Of a stretch of 42,187 nt of DNA, positions 16,070 to 24,388 are shown one piece after another (within the stretch, counting starts at the first letter, position 1; each line of letters begins with the position of its first letter). The stretch is from Candidatus Desantisbacteria bacterium (GTDB taxonomy: Bacteria > UBA9089 > CG2-30-40-21): the NCBI GenBank assembly GCA_043806395.1, contig JAZDHC010000154.1, positions 1-42,187 of the forward strand, written 5' to 3'. The position numbers were made by a program, and so were the translations under genes. The notes under the pieces were generated by a model, which saw only the letters and a program-made list of their open reading frames with translations, did no database searches and was not told the DNA's origin.

Positions 16070-18808
16070 TCACTCAAACTCTATCTCCGCCTCTTTCTCA
16101 GCCATGCCAAAATTAATCCCTTCAATCTCCTGCTCTGGCTTAAGATCCACATCAAAAAATTCAGGGGTAGTCATAACATATCCCTTTGGCAAACCAGACT
16201 TATCCATTCGCATCCGTATTTTGTTTGGCGGGATATTGGTAAACCTGTACAACCCACCGGATTCAGTAAAGGTAGGGGCATCATTAGCATACACAATTAT
16301 ATCACTATCACTGGTCTCCCCTGCATCCAAAACACCGTTCCTGTTCTCATCTATGAAAACCCTGCCATGAATAGTTCCAGCCTTCTGGAGTGGAAATTTA
16401 AGCTCAATACCCTTGCCTGCTTCTACCTTGATTGTTTGTTCCAACTCTGCCACGCAGATAAAATCAATGGGTACTGAACCAAGGTCAATATTCAGGTTAT
16501 AGACCCCAACAGGGACATCCACAAAACATGCCTTTCCATTCTCTCCTGTCATAGTCACCTTTGCCTTATCCTTAGTTTCACTCTTTCCAAAGATAGCAAC
16601 CTTTATTCCGGGAAGACCCTCTTCATTAGCTGAAAACACCCTGTTTGCATCCTCATCCTTAAAAACGCTGATGGATACAACGCCAAGTTTGGAAAACTCA
16701 TTTTTATCAGGCAATTTTTTGGAGATAGAGGTCATATCATCCGGGGTCACGCCAAAACGAAACTCCTTTGCCTCTGTAAACTTTATATCATTTGCCATGT
16801 ACTTAAGATAGTTCTGCCTGTTCTTTTCACGAAAGGTAAAACTCACCTTCCAGTTAAATTTTTGCTCATTTTTAGAAAAAAATTCCAGGTCCATGTTTAA
16901 TGGATAATTGGGAAATTTATATGTCAAATTTGCCTTTTTCTCTGTACTCATCCTTTCCACGAAGTTTATCTTGCCATTGCTCTTATATTGGTTTTCTTCC
17001 CTCTGGCACACCCGCTGCAAGCTCCCGGTAAGATTACGGGTCAGTTTTTTCTTAACCCCAACAGTAATGTTTTCTCTGTTAATGTCACTATTGGCAATGG
17101 TTTGATCATCTATACCTGTTATATTATAACTAACCCACGGATTAAACCCATTGTAAGAATATCGCAGGCTGATATCCCTTTTAAGGGAGAACTGCTCCTT
17201 CAGCTTGTCCTTTGAAATACTATCAGTCCTTTCCAGACCTATCCCTGATGAGACAGAGAGAGGAAATTGCGGCAAAAAATCCATCTTTACAGACAGATAA
17301 TTTACCAGATTCTTATCATTTTGATTAATTAACTCCCTGAAACTCTGCTGCTTTGTAAGTGTCAGGGTAAACTCTTTGGAAAAATTCCATCTATACCCTG
17401 AATTCCAACTATATCCCAAGCTCTTAGTATTAGAAGAGCCTGATTCACCATTAGAGAATGCCCCGTCAATCCAGAACTTTTTCCCCAGCTTAAACTTACC
17501 ATCAAGTTTCCACAGGGAGGTATTATTTGCTACCCAGGGGCTATTTGCAACAGAGTATTCGGTATTCAGCTTAATCTCCCCTACCCTTCTGGAATCAAAT
17601 GAGCTATTTATCTTCCATCTATTAATATCATTGTATGAAACCTGTCCGTTTGAACTTGAGTATTCGCCATTTAACTGCATATTGCCTATTTTAGTGGCTG
17701 TGCCATAGCCAGTGCTTAATTTCCAGATGGAAGTATTGCTGCCAATATTATGATATTTTCCATGAGGAGATGTTATCGAGTATTCACCATTAACCTTCAT
17801 GCTGCCCCGTCCGGTGGCTGTACCATAGCCAGTTGATAACCGTAAGTTCGAGGCATTGCCATCATCAGAAAAGCCCATCCCCATGCTTGCTCCATTGAAG
17901 CCATACGAACCATTCAGTGCCAGAGCCTGCTTGGCATTAATCAAGGAATACTTAAAATCACTGGAAACCCTTTTCAACTTAAACACCCCTCCTATCCGAT
18001 ACCCATCTCCACCAAAACTACCTGTTTGATAATCCATGCTCATGTTCATGGGATAAACGGTTGTGGTTGTTGTAGCAGTTGGTAGTTGGCAGTTGACAGT
18101 TGACAGTTGACAGTTGACAGTTGACAGGACAGAACTGCTGCCGACTGCCGACTGACTGCTCTGTGTTCCTGCGGACTGCTGACTGCTGACTGCCAACTGA
18201 CTGCTCTGTGTTCCTGCCGACTGCTGACTGGCAACTGCTGACTGACTCCCTGTCTCCCCCGCCACTTTCCAGAACAAGAGGGGCATACTCAAACTACCAC
18301 CAATCGCATCCCCTGCTACAGTATCCTTAAAACAAAAGGTATTAGCGGTGACACCTGATTTAGCAGTCAGATCAATCTTCCCGCCATAAACATCACCACC
18401 TCTACTTGATAATCCCTTAAAGAAAAGAGGCGTGATTCGTTCATGCCATAGTTTTTTATTAGAGGCAAGCCTTACGCCCTTAATCTGTGGGGCAGAGGAC
18501 ATCAGCCCTGTAACCCCTGGCATGATATCCGGACCAATACCCAAATCCACAGAAGGGTTGAAAATATCCACCCGGGTATAGTTAAGCACAAGGCTTTTCT
18601 CTTGCAGGTTTATATTCCCCTTCAATATTGGGCTAAACGAAATCAATCTTTCCCGACCACGAAGGTTCAGGTCAAAATCAACGCTACTTAATCCCTTATC
18701 CGTTCCCTCAATGCCTATGGAATAATTCCCTTCTCCATAAACAGCAAAGGCATTTTCAGAGACAACTGTAGTTAAGGCTATGATAATTGCTACAATATAA
18801 TACATCAT
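16070..18808 (-). CDS. 912-aa secreted, beta-barrel-like outer-membrane protein with C-terminal Ig/SdrD-B-like (carboxypeptidase-regulatory-like) domains; usher-sized, function unknown
   Basis: Signal peptide (…VVSENAFA). The middle ~500 aa is rich in alternating aromatic/Gly/Ser/Asn strands (WKLSTGYGTAT…, LNGEYS…, repeated). The C-terminus GTIHGRVFIDENRNGVLDAGE...GGLYRFTNIPP is SdrD-B-like. The CDS call is solid; the functional label is inference. Confidence 0.8.
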   Translation of the reverse strand: MMYYIVAIIIALTTVVSENAFAVYGEGNYSIGIEGTDKGLSSVDFDLNLRGRERLISFSPILKGNINLQEKSLVLNYTRVDIFNPSVDLGIGPDIMPGVTGLMSSAPQIKGVRLASNKKLWHERITPLFFKGLSSRGGDVYGGKIDLTAKSGVTANTFCFKDTVAGDAIGGSLSMPLLFWKVAGETGSQSAVASQQSAGTQSSQLAVSSQQSAGTQSSQSAVGSSSVLSTVNCQLSTVNCQLPTATTTTTVYPMNMSMDYQTGSFGGDGYRIGGVFKLKRVSSDFKYSLINAKQALALNGSYGFNGASMGMGFSDDGNASNLRLSTGYGTATGRGSMKVNGEYSITSPHGKYHNIGSNTSIWKLSTGYGTATKIGNMQLNGEYSSSNGQVSYNDINRWKINSSFDSRRVGEIKLNTEYSVANSPWVANNTSLWKLDGKFKLGKKFWIDGAFSNGESGSSNTKSLGYSWNSGYRWNFSKEFTLTLTKQQSFRELINQNDKNLVNYLSVKMDFLPQFPLSVSSGIGLERTDSISKDKLKEQFSLKRDISLRYSYNGFNPWVSYNITGIDDQTIANSDINRENITVGVKKKLTRNLTGSLQRVCQREENQYKSNGKINFVERMSTEKKANLTYKFPNYPLNMDLEFFSKNEQKFNWKVSFTFREKNRQNYLKYMANDIKFTEAKEFRFGVTPDDMTSISKKLPDKNEFSKLGVVSISVFKDEDANRVFSANEEGLPGIKVAIFGKSETKDKAKVTMTGENGKACFVDVPVGVYNLNIDLGSVPIDFICVAELEQTIKVEAGKGIELKFPLQKAGTIHGRVFIDENRNGVLDAGETSDSDIIVYANDAPTFTESGGLYRFTNIPPNKIRMRMDKSGLPKGYVMTTPEFFDVDLKPEQEIEGINFGMAEKEAEIEFE
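18076..18124 (-). repeat. Heptanucleotide tandem repeat inside the 912-aa CDS: (CAGTTGA)x5 perfect plus 2 variant units
   Basis: cagttgg tagttgg cagttga x5 encodes STVNCQLSTVNCQL. Two ~45-bp direct repeats (…actgctctgtgttcctgc(c/g)gactgctgactg…) lie at about 18150-18240. Confidence 0.9.
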
Positions 18809-19088
18809 TTGTTAAAATCTTGTCTGCGTGGAAGGATTACTTCGTGATTCGTGCCACAAGGCATAAATCACGGTTGTGAGTTATTGATTGACTCAAGGAG
18901 AGTGTTTCATCCTCAAAATATGTAATACAGTATGATAATACATGCAAATACATAAATTGTGCCACTTATAAAGTAATACATGCTTTACCTTCATCCTTCT
19001 GTGTTTCCCTAATTCCCACTTATCAAAGGGGGTTAGGGGGTTGTTCTTTTCTGTACCTTCTGTTTTCCTCTACCTTTAGCCTTCTGCC

Positions 19089-19916
19089 CTACTTAACCGC
19101 TTTTGCCGCCTTAATCTCTTCCAGTGTTGTCCAATTATAGGTAGACATTGTAGAGAGTTTTGCCTTTTTCCCGGCCATCTTTGCTGCCCCATAATCAAAG
19201 AATACAACAACTGTATATTCACCCTTAGCCAATTTCACCGGGTCAGTTGTTTCATAATCAATGATCTCTGTAGGCAGGATCATCTGTCCATTAAGATCCC
19301 CCTTTGCCACGGTTTCATCCTTACTATTCTTAATCACGAACTTTCCATCCGGTGCAGGCATAAATAGCGGGACATTGCCAGTATTCTTTACACTAACCTT
19401 TAGCTTCACCCCATTGGCATCGTGATAGGCTTGAATACTCTTAATCTCAATCTTTTTCTCTAAGGTATCAGTTACCTCCAGCCCAAGAAAAGAAACTACC
19501 TCACCAGCTGCCACAACACCACCCTTCTTTTCTAATGGCTTTGTAACAAAACAGGCTAATCCCCAATATCCGCCCTTAGCATCCTTTGGCACCTTAACCG
19601 TATAGCGGACAATCTGGTGTTTATCAGCACCAAGCAAAAAACCCTCTGGTTCAATGATTACCCAATCAGTAAGGCTCTTGGGATTTTTACCTGCTCCAAC
19701 AAATTCCCTTTTTGCCGTACGAGGATCTATAGACCAATCCTTGAGTTGGACCTTGATATAGACCTCTTTATCTGCCCGATTATAGAGATCAAATGTCCCA
19801 TTCTTTGTCTCACCTGGTGCAGCCTGAATCTTCACTACACTCGGCTGCACAGAAACAGCCTCTACATTCACACTGGCAATCAGAAATAACATTGCCATTA
19901 ACCACATTCCTTTCAT
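19089..19916 (-). CDS. Secreted ~275-aa protein, possible PapD-like (two Ig-like domains) periplasmic chaperone
   Basis: I moved the start to ATG 19916 (AGGAGG 5 nt upstream, signal peptide MKGMWLMAMLFLIASVNVEA). The track's N-terminal extension runs through a REP element. VSVQPSVVKIQAAPGETKNGTFDLYNRADKEVYIKVQLKDW follows the chaperone N-domain strand pattern. No canonical motif is certain. Confidence 0.4.
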   Translation of the reverse strand: MKGMWLMAMLFLIASVNVEAVSVQPSVVKIQAAPGETKNGTFDLYNRADKEVYIKVQLKDWSIDPRTAKREFVGAGKNPKSLTDWVIIEPEGFLLGADKHQIVRYTVKVPKDAKGGYWGLACFVTKPLEKKGGVVAAGEVVSFLGLEVTDTLEKKIEIKSIQAYHDANGVKLKVSVKNTGNVPLFMPAPDGKFVIKNSKDETVAKGDLNGQMILPTEIIDYETTDPVKLAKGEYTVVVFFDYGAAKMAGKKAKLSTMSTYNWTTLEEIKAAKAVK

Positions 19917-19940
19917 TCGAACCTCCTGATATTTTTTATC

Positions 19941-19966
19941 GGGCAGACACATAGGTCTGCCCCTAC
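19941..19966. repeat. REP family A hairpin
   Basis: gggcagacacataggtctgcccctac lies immediately upstream of the 19916 start. Confidence 0.85.
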
Positions 19967-20082
19967 AGTTCACAACTTACAGCTTAGCCAGGCAAGATTC
20001 AGGACCCGTAAGAGCAAGGGAGGGCAAGCCTTACCTTTCCCGAATCCAGCCACATCTAAGCTGTAGGTTGCAAACTGCCATC

Positions 20083-20145
20083 GTAGGGGCGAACCTATGT
20101 GTTCGCCCTCTCAAACACAGGGCGAACACATAGGTTCGCCCCTAC
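20083..20145. repeat. Inverted pair of REP family A elements
   Basis: gtaggggcgaacctatgtgttcgccc (20083-20108) and gggcgaacacataggttcgcccctac (20120-20145) sit directly downstream of the 20153 stop. Confidence 0.85.
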
Positions 20146-20152
20146 CCCATTA

Positions 20153-20827
20153 CTATCCCACTATCGGAATTAATGTAAATGTCAAGGTATTTGAGTATTC
20201 GCCCTCTGTATACCTTGCCAGATTAGAAACACCAAGCTTAAACACTACCAATCTTGGGTCACTGGTGGACATCTTAACCCCAAAAAGGTATTGCGCCTCA
20301 TTGTGTAATCTCAACCATGTGGCTCTTGCCATATTAGAGCCAGTACTTTCAGATGGATATGTTTGAGCTGATGCCTCTGCCCCTTCGAGCTTGTTTAGTA
20401 ACACATAAGTCTTTTCAGTCTGTACGGTCAGATAAGTATCATCCAATCTTAAAACCCCTTGTGGACCTGCTGGCTGGACACCATGGATATAAAGATTGGC
20501 TCCATCCTGAGCATTAGTAAACAGGGTGATTGAAATAGCATCTGCTCTTTCGGCAAACCCCTTACCAATATCTGAATTTGCCGAATTCATGACATCATTA
20601 TTGGCTGAAGCACCGCCATCAGGATAATTAATAACACTGGCTACCGTTAGATTACGGGCATAATCCTCTGGTCCAGGAGTAATTGTCTCCCTCATATCTA
20701 TGCCAACAAGCTCAATTATCTGTGGCACCTTTAACCCTATTTGAGCATCCTCCTGCTGCATGTCCGCTGCATACCCAGAAACAGCTATCATACCTATCAC
20801 TAACACACCTGACAATATTCGTTTCAT
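20153..20827 (-). CDS. Secreted pilin-like protein, paralogue B (224 aa)
   Basis: I moved the start to ATG 20827 (AAGGAGG upstream, signal peptide MKRILSGVLVIGMIAVSGYA). The track's extension overlaps a terminator hairpin. It aligns along its whole length with 21440..22219 (ADMQQEDAQIGL…ETITPGPEDYAR…IGKGFAER…LFTNAQDGA…WLRLHNEAQYLF…ARYTEGEYSNTLTFTLIPIVG). Confidence 0.75.
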   Translation of the reverse strand: MKRILSGVLVIGMIAVSGYAADMQQEDAQIGLKVPQIIELVGIDMRETITPGPEDYARNLTVASVINYPDGGASANNDVMNSANSDIGKGFAERADAISITLFTNAQDGANLYIHGVQPAGPQGVLRLDDTYLTVQTEKTYVLLNKLEGAEASAQTYPSESTGSNMARATWLRLHNEAQYLFGVKMSTSDPRLVVFKLGVSNLARYTEGEYSNTLTFTLIPIVG

Positions 20828-20949
20828 ACCAAACAAACCTCCTTGTATTATATTCGCTGTATCAGCGTTATCAGATGACAGGATTCGGGATGATAAGAAT
20901 CGGGAGGGTGATTTCTTAACGATTCCCGAATCCATAATCTGTTGTTGCC

Positions 20950-21011
20950 AAAAAAAAATCACGAGACCATGAACATGTCAAAACAAAAGACATGTTCATA
21001 ACCTCGTGATT
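20950..21011 (-). terminator. Rho-independent terminator/attenuator T2 in the leader of paralogue B
   Basis: Minus strand: aatcacgagGTTatgaacatgtc - 9-nt loop - gacatgttcatGGTctcgtgatt, giving 9+11 bp of stem, followed by about 7 T. Confidence 0.6.
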
Positions 21012-21048
21012 TTAATAACACGCCGTAGGGGTGACAAGACACTCCTAC

Positions 21049-21160
21049 GGCATACCACATTCATCGAGTAATCATCTTTTGTATACCACATTCATCTTTT
21101 GACTAACTCAATATACCACTATTAAGCCAATCACATTTTTGTATGTAACATTCATCGGTT
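21049..21160. repeat. Four degenerate ~30-bp tandem repeats centred on (G)TATACCACATTCATC
   Basis: Cores lie at 21052-21065, 21083-21096, about 21113-21123 (partial) and 21143-21156 (atgtaacattcatc). They sit between terminators T1 and T2. Confidence 0.75.
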
Positions 21161-21200
21161 TGGCATGATTCACTTTTGAACTATGCCACCATTTTTTAAC

Positions 21201-21260
21201 AAAAAAAATCACGCCCTTTCACAATCCTTTAATTACAGTATGATTTGTGAACGCGTGATT
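21201..21260 (-). terminator. Rho-independent terminator T1 downstream of paralogue A
   Basis: Minus strand: aatcacgcgttcacaaatc - loop - gattgtgaaagggcgtgatt, followed by TTTTTT. It shares the AATCACG stem start with T2. Confidence 0.55.
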
Positions 21261-21439
21261 ATTAGAAAACTCATTATTTACCCACCACCTTATTTATTTT
21301 TTTTATAGCAGGGGCAGATTATTCTCTGCCCCTACAGTTAAAAGGGGATTTTCCCTTCATATCTCAGAAGAAGTTGATATAAATTAACAGCACAAAAATA
21401 TTACCAGAACAAGTAATCTTCGCTAAAACTTAGCCCACA

Positions 21440-22219
21440 TTATCCAACGATTGGCATAAGGGTGAATGTAAGTGTGTTGGTATATTCGCCCTCTGTGTAT
21501 CTCGCTAAATTGGCAATGCCAAGGTTGATAACTATCAGTCTTGGTGCCGCTGTGGACATCTTTACCTCAAACAGGTGTTGAGCCTGATTGTGGATGCGAA
21601 GCCATGAAGATGCTGCTGTGTCTTTTGCATTAGTGCTAAGCTGGAAATCCAGACCATCAACGATTGAACCACCCATACCATCTCTTGGGTTATCCACAAC
21701 GGGAACAGTATTAGAGGGTGTTTTTGTTCCAGCACTCTCTGCCACTGCCATTGTCGTTGCGTTGGCATATGCACCTTCTAAGTCATTCTGCAAGATGTAA
21801 GTCTTTTCTGTGCAGACTGACACATAGGTATCTTCCAATCTTAAAACATTTGCCTGAGTAGCTGGCTGTGAACCGTGAACGAACAACGCTGCACCATCTT
21901 GAGCATTGGTAAATATTGTCATCTCTAAAGCGGCTGTTCTTTCTGCAAAACCCTTGCCAATACCATCATTGGCATCTGTCGTGACATTAGGGTCTCCTGC
22001 TTGATTACCATCTGGAAAATTTACCACTCTTGTTTTTTGCAGATCCCTTGCATAATCCTCTGGACCTGGTGTAATTGTCTCAGACATATCAATACCAGCC
22101 AACTCAATGAGTTGCAAACAATTCAAACCAATTGATGCATCTTCTTGCTGCATATCTGCTGCCATTGCTACTCCACTTGCTAATGCTACTGCTACTACGC
22201 TAACTAATAACTTCTTCAT
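21440..22219 (-). CDS. Secreted pilin-like protein, paralogue A (259 aa)
   Basis: GAGGAG RBS. Signal peptide MKKLLVSVVAVALASGVAMA. The mature N-terminus ADMQQEDASIGL is shared with paralogue B. The C-terminal strand ARYTEGEYTNTLTFTLMPIVG resembles the terminal strand of chaperone-usher-type subunits. Confidence 0.8.
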   Translation of the reverse strand: MKKLLVSVVAVALASGVAMAADMQQEDASIGLNCLQLIELAGIDMSETITPGPEDYARDLQKTRVVNFPDGNQAGDPNVTTDANDGIGKGFAERTAALEMTIFTNAQDGAALFVHGSQPATQANVLRLEDTYVSVCTEKTYILQNDLEGAYANATTMAVAESAGTKTPSNTVPVVDNPRDGMGGSIVDGLDFQLSTNAKDTAASSWLRIHNQAQHLFEVKMSTAAPRLIVINLGIANLARYTEGEYTNTLTFTLMPIVG

Positions 22220-22500
22220 TTTTTCCTCTCCTCTTTTCCTTTTGGATTCTTTTTAGATTTTGTTGCTTTTTGGGTGTGAGGCATAAAGCCTCAAAGCAAT
22301 TTACTTCTTCTGAGAATCATTGAAATTAGAGGAAAATCCCTTTTTTAAACTATCACCCCCTGTAAATCATATATGTTCATTAAACCCCACATCCACATTA
22401 AGTAGAACAAGCTTCGTCCAATTACTCAAACTAACTTGTTCTACCCGATGAATGTGGTATACATACCGCAATTTTGTTTACATTGTCTTGCCATTCATAT

Positions 22501-22517
22501 AGCAAATTTCATGCCAA
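22501..22517 (-). promoter_or_regulatory. Sigma54 (-24/-12) promoter heading the cluster
   Basis: The minus strand reads TTGGCATGAAATTTGCT, which is TGGCAT-N5-TTGCT with exact GG-N10-GC spacing. It lies about 270 nt upstream of ATG 22219. Confidence 0.55.
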
Positions 22518-22552
22518 AATTAGAAACAGGCAGCTACACATAACTCAACCAA

Positions 22553-22746
22553 TTGCCATTATTGGACTTATCATCTTATCATCTATGTTATCAGGGAATA
22601 TTTTACTATTGAACAGTGTCCAATTATTAGAATGTTCAAAACCAGCAATTTCTGTGAAGTCTACAAGCAGCGTAATCTATAAGTCTAAATTCTACAGGAT
22701 GTTATATGAGAGTGTCCAATTACAGACATGTGTCCAATTATTGGAC
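22553..22746. promoter_or_regulatory. Putative enhancer (UAS) sites: GTCCAAT-N-ATTGGAC palindromes
   Basis: tgccattattggac (22553-22567), tgtccaattattag (about 22617-22631), tgtccaattacagaca (about 22712-22727) and the perfect 7-1-7 palindrome gtccaattattggac (about 22732-22746). They lie 40-230 bp upstream of the sigma54 promoter and next to the bEBP gene. Confidence 0.4.
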
Positions 22747-22779
22747 TTTTGGGCATGGACAGGTGAAAAAAGTTGGTTC

Positions 22780-22990
22780 TATCACGATTTGTGTGGGTAA
22801 ATAAGAGATAGGTTTATCTCTTTCATTCCACACCAGAGTATGTCATCTGGAGGTATTTCTACTTCCATGTGCGGGGGTTAAATGTATACTTTGGAGTGGT
22901 TAAAGCGATAAACCTTCTTCAATACATATTAAGAATGTTCTGCAAGGTTGATAAAAAACCAACTTTATCTTACCCACACAAATCGTAATA
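22780..22990. repeat. 21-bp inverted repeat (1 mismatch, 17 bp perfect) flanking a 169-bp segment
   Basis: tatcacgatttgtgtgggtaa (22780-22800) is the reverse complement of ttacccacacaaatcgtaata (22970-22990). It sits between the UAS cluster and the kinase gene. Confidence 0.7.
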
Positions 22991-23008
22991 GAGCCCTGTA
23001 GATTAAGG

Positions 23009-24388
23009 ATGGTTATATTAATGTCGAGCATATCACCCAAGGTATTAAGAAAAAGAAAAAAACATGTGCTTATTGTCCTTATCTCTATCCTATCCATCTT
23101 ATTGCTATTTAATTTGTGGGGCTGGTCTTTTTACCTTCAAGCAAAACACTTTCTGGATGAGGAACTTGGTAAACGACTTATAGCTATTGCAGCAATTACA
23201 TCCTTGCAAGTATCACCAGAATTGATAAAATCAATAAAGGAAAGAACCATAGATGATGCTCAAGCCTTCAATTTCAGAGAGTATTTAGCTACAGTCAATG
23301 AGGAGAACAATCTGGAAAGTGTTTTCATTATTGATAAGGAGAATAATTATATTCTTGATGCTGGATCTGTTCAATTAGAAGGGGGGAAATATCGATGTCT
23401 GAATATTGAAGATACTACTAAAATCCTTGATGCTTCGTTGGGTAAATCCTCTTGTTCCAAGCTATATCGTAATGGAAAGGAGATGTTTAAAACAGGTTTT
23501 GCCCCATTGAAGGATACTTCTGGTGAGGTAATAGCTATACTTGGGGTTGATGCCAGCCCTAAATTTTTGAGGGTTTTATCTAAGATACAGAATACTCTGA
23601 TTTTTTTTGGGATAATCAGCCTTGCTCTGGGTGTTCTCTATGTATTTATTTTGCTTGCAGTTATAAATGGATTTATCTCTACCCAAGAGGCAATATTTCA
23701 TGCAGAAAAGCTTGCCAGTCTTGGCCGTTTGTCAGCCGGGATGGCTCATGATATCAGGAACCCTCTGCAAATAATTAACAGTACCTATGAGTCATTAAGG
23801 AAACGGCATCTTCCTCAGGACATTCAAGATGAGATGTTTGATTATATTCCCGATGAGATAAAAAATTTGAACAAAAAGATCAATAGTTTTCTTTCACAGA
23901 CTAAGGATGCCCCACTTGAGATTGAGTTAAATAATCTAAAGGTATTACTTGACCGTATCATTGAAAGGATGTCTCCAGATTTAGAAAGGGCAAATGTCAG
24001 GATAAATAATCATATCGAATCAGAGATTGGTGAATTTTATTTTGACAAACAACAGATGGAAGGGGTATTCCAGAACCTTATCCGCAATGCTATTGAAGCT
24101 ATGCCTGATGGTGGAGTAATTACCATCAAGGCATATCCTTATAAGGGTGGCAAGCAATTTGTGGTTATTGATGTTTCAGATACTGGATACGGCATTAATC
24201 AAAGGGACCAGAAAAAATTGTTTGAACCATTTTTTACTACCAAAGAACATGGCTATGGATTGGGAATGTCTATTGTATTTAGAATAATTCAGAAACATGG
24301 CGGGGAAATAAAGGTAAAGAGCAAGCCAGGTCAAGGCACAACCTTTACCATCCTTTTGCCATGGAAACAGGAGGAGCTAATTAAATGA
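23009..24388 (+). CDS. Membrane sensor histidine kinase (two TM segments flanking a ~160-aa extracytoplasmic domain; HisKA plus HATPase_c)
   Basis: H-box SAGMAHDIRNPLQ, N-box QNLIRNAIEAM, G-boxes DTGYGI and GYGLGMSIV. ATG 23021 is an alternative start. Confidence 0.9.
   Translation: MVILMSSISPKVLRKRKKHVLIVLISILSILLLFNLWGWSFYLQAKHFLDEELGKRLIAIAAITSLQVSPELIKSIKERTIDDAQAFNFREYLATVNEENNLESVFIIDKENNYILDAGSVQLEGGKYRCLNIEDTTKILDASLGKSSCSKLYRNGKEMFKTGFAPLKDTSGEVIAILGVDASPKFLRVLSKIQNTLIFFGIISLALGVLYVFILLAVINGFISTQEAIFHAEKLASLGRLSAGMAHDIRNPLQIINSTYESLRKRHLPQDIQDEMFDYIPDEIKNLNKKINSFLSQTKDAPLEIELNNLKVLLDRIIERMSPDLERANVRINNHIESEIGEFYFDKQQMEGVFQNLIRNAIEAMPDGGVITIKAYPYKGGKQFVVIDVSDTGYGINQRDQKKLFEPFFTTKEHGYGLGMSIVFRIIQKHGGEIKVKSKPGQGTTFTILLPWKQEELIK

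Noticed and set aside
15699-16477. Track ORFs 15699..15950, 15861..16073, 16019..16477 and 16056..16370
   Set aside because: They are either antisense to the NHL or 912-aa genes, or translations of the family C inverted repeat (…HRRDAETQRHREEAEK… and …SLCLCVSAV…).
18943-18965. TGGCAC on the minus strand upstream of the 912-aa gene as a third sigma54 promoter
   Set aside because: The -24 element is good (GTGGCAC), but the position 10 nt after the GG reads GT, not GC (…AATTTATGTA…). The nearest TTGC is 6 nt out of register.
19917-19973. N-terminal extensions of track ORFs 19089..19973, 20153..20962 and 32789..34336
   Set aside because: The extensions run through a REP hairpin, a terminator hairpin, or lack an RBS. 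Internal ATGs (19916, 20827, 34213) have good Shine-Dalgarno sites and are followed immediately by signal peptides.
22474-22800. 108-aa plus-strand ORF in the divergent regulatory region
   Set aside because: It overlaps the sigma54 promoter and all UAS palindromes. It has no RBS, an odd composition and a start inside the leader, so it is most likely non-coding.
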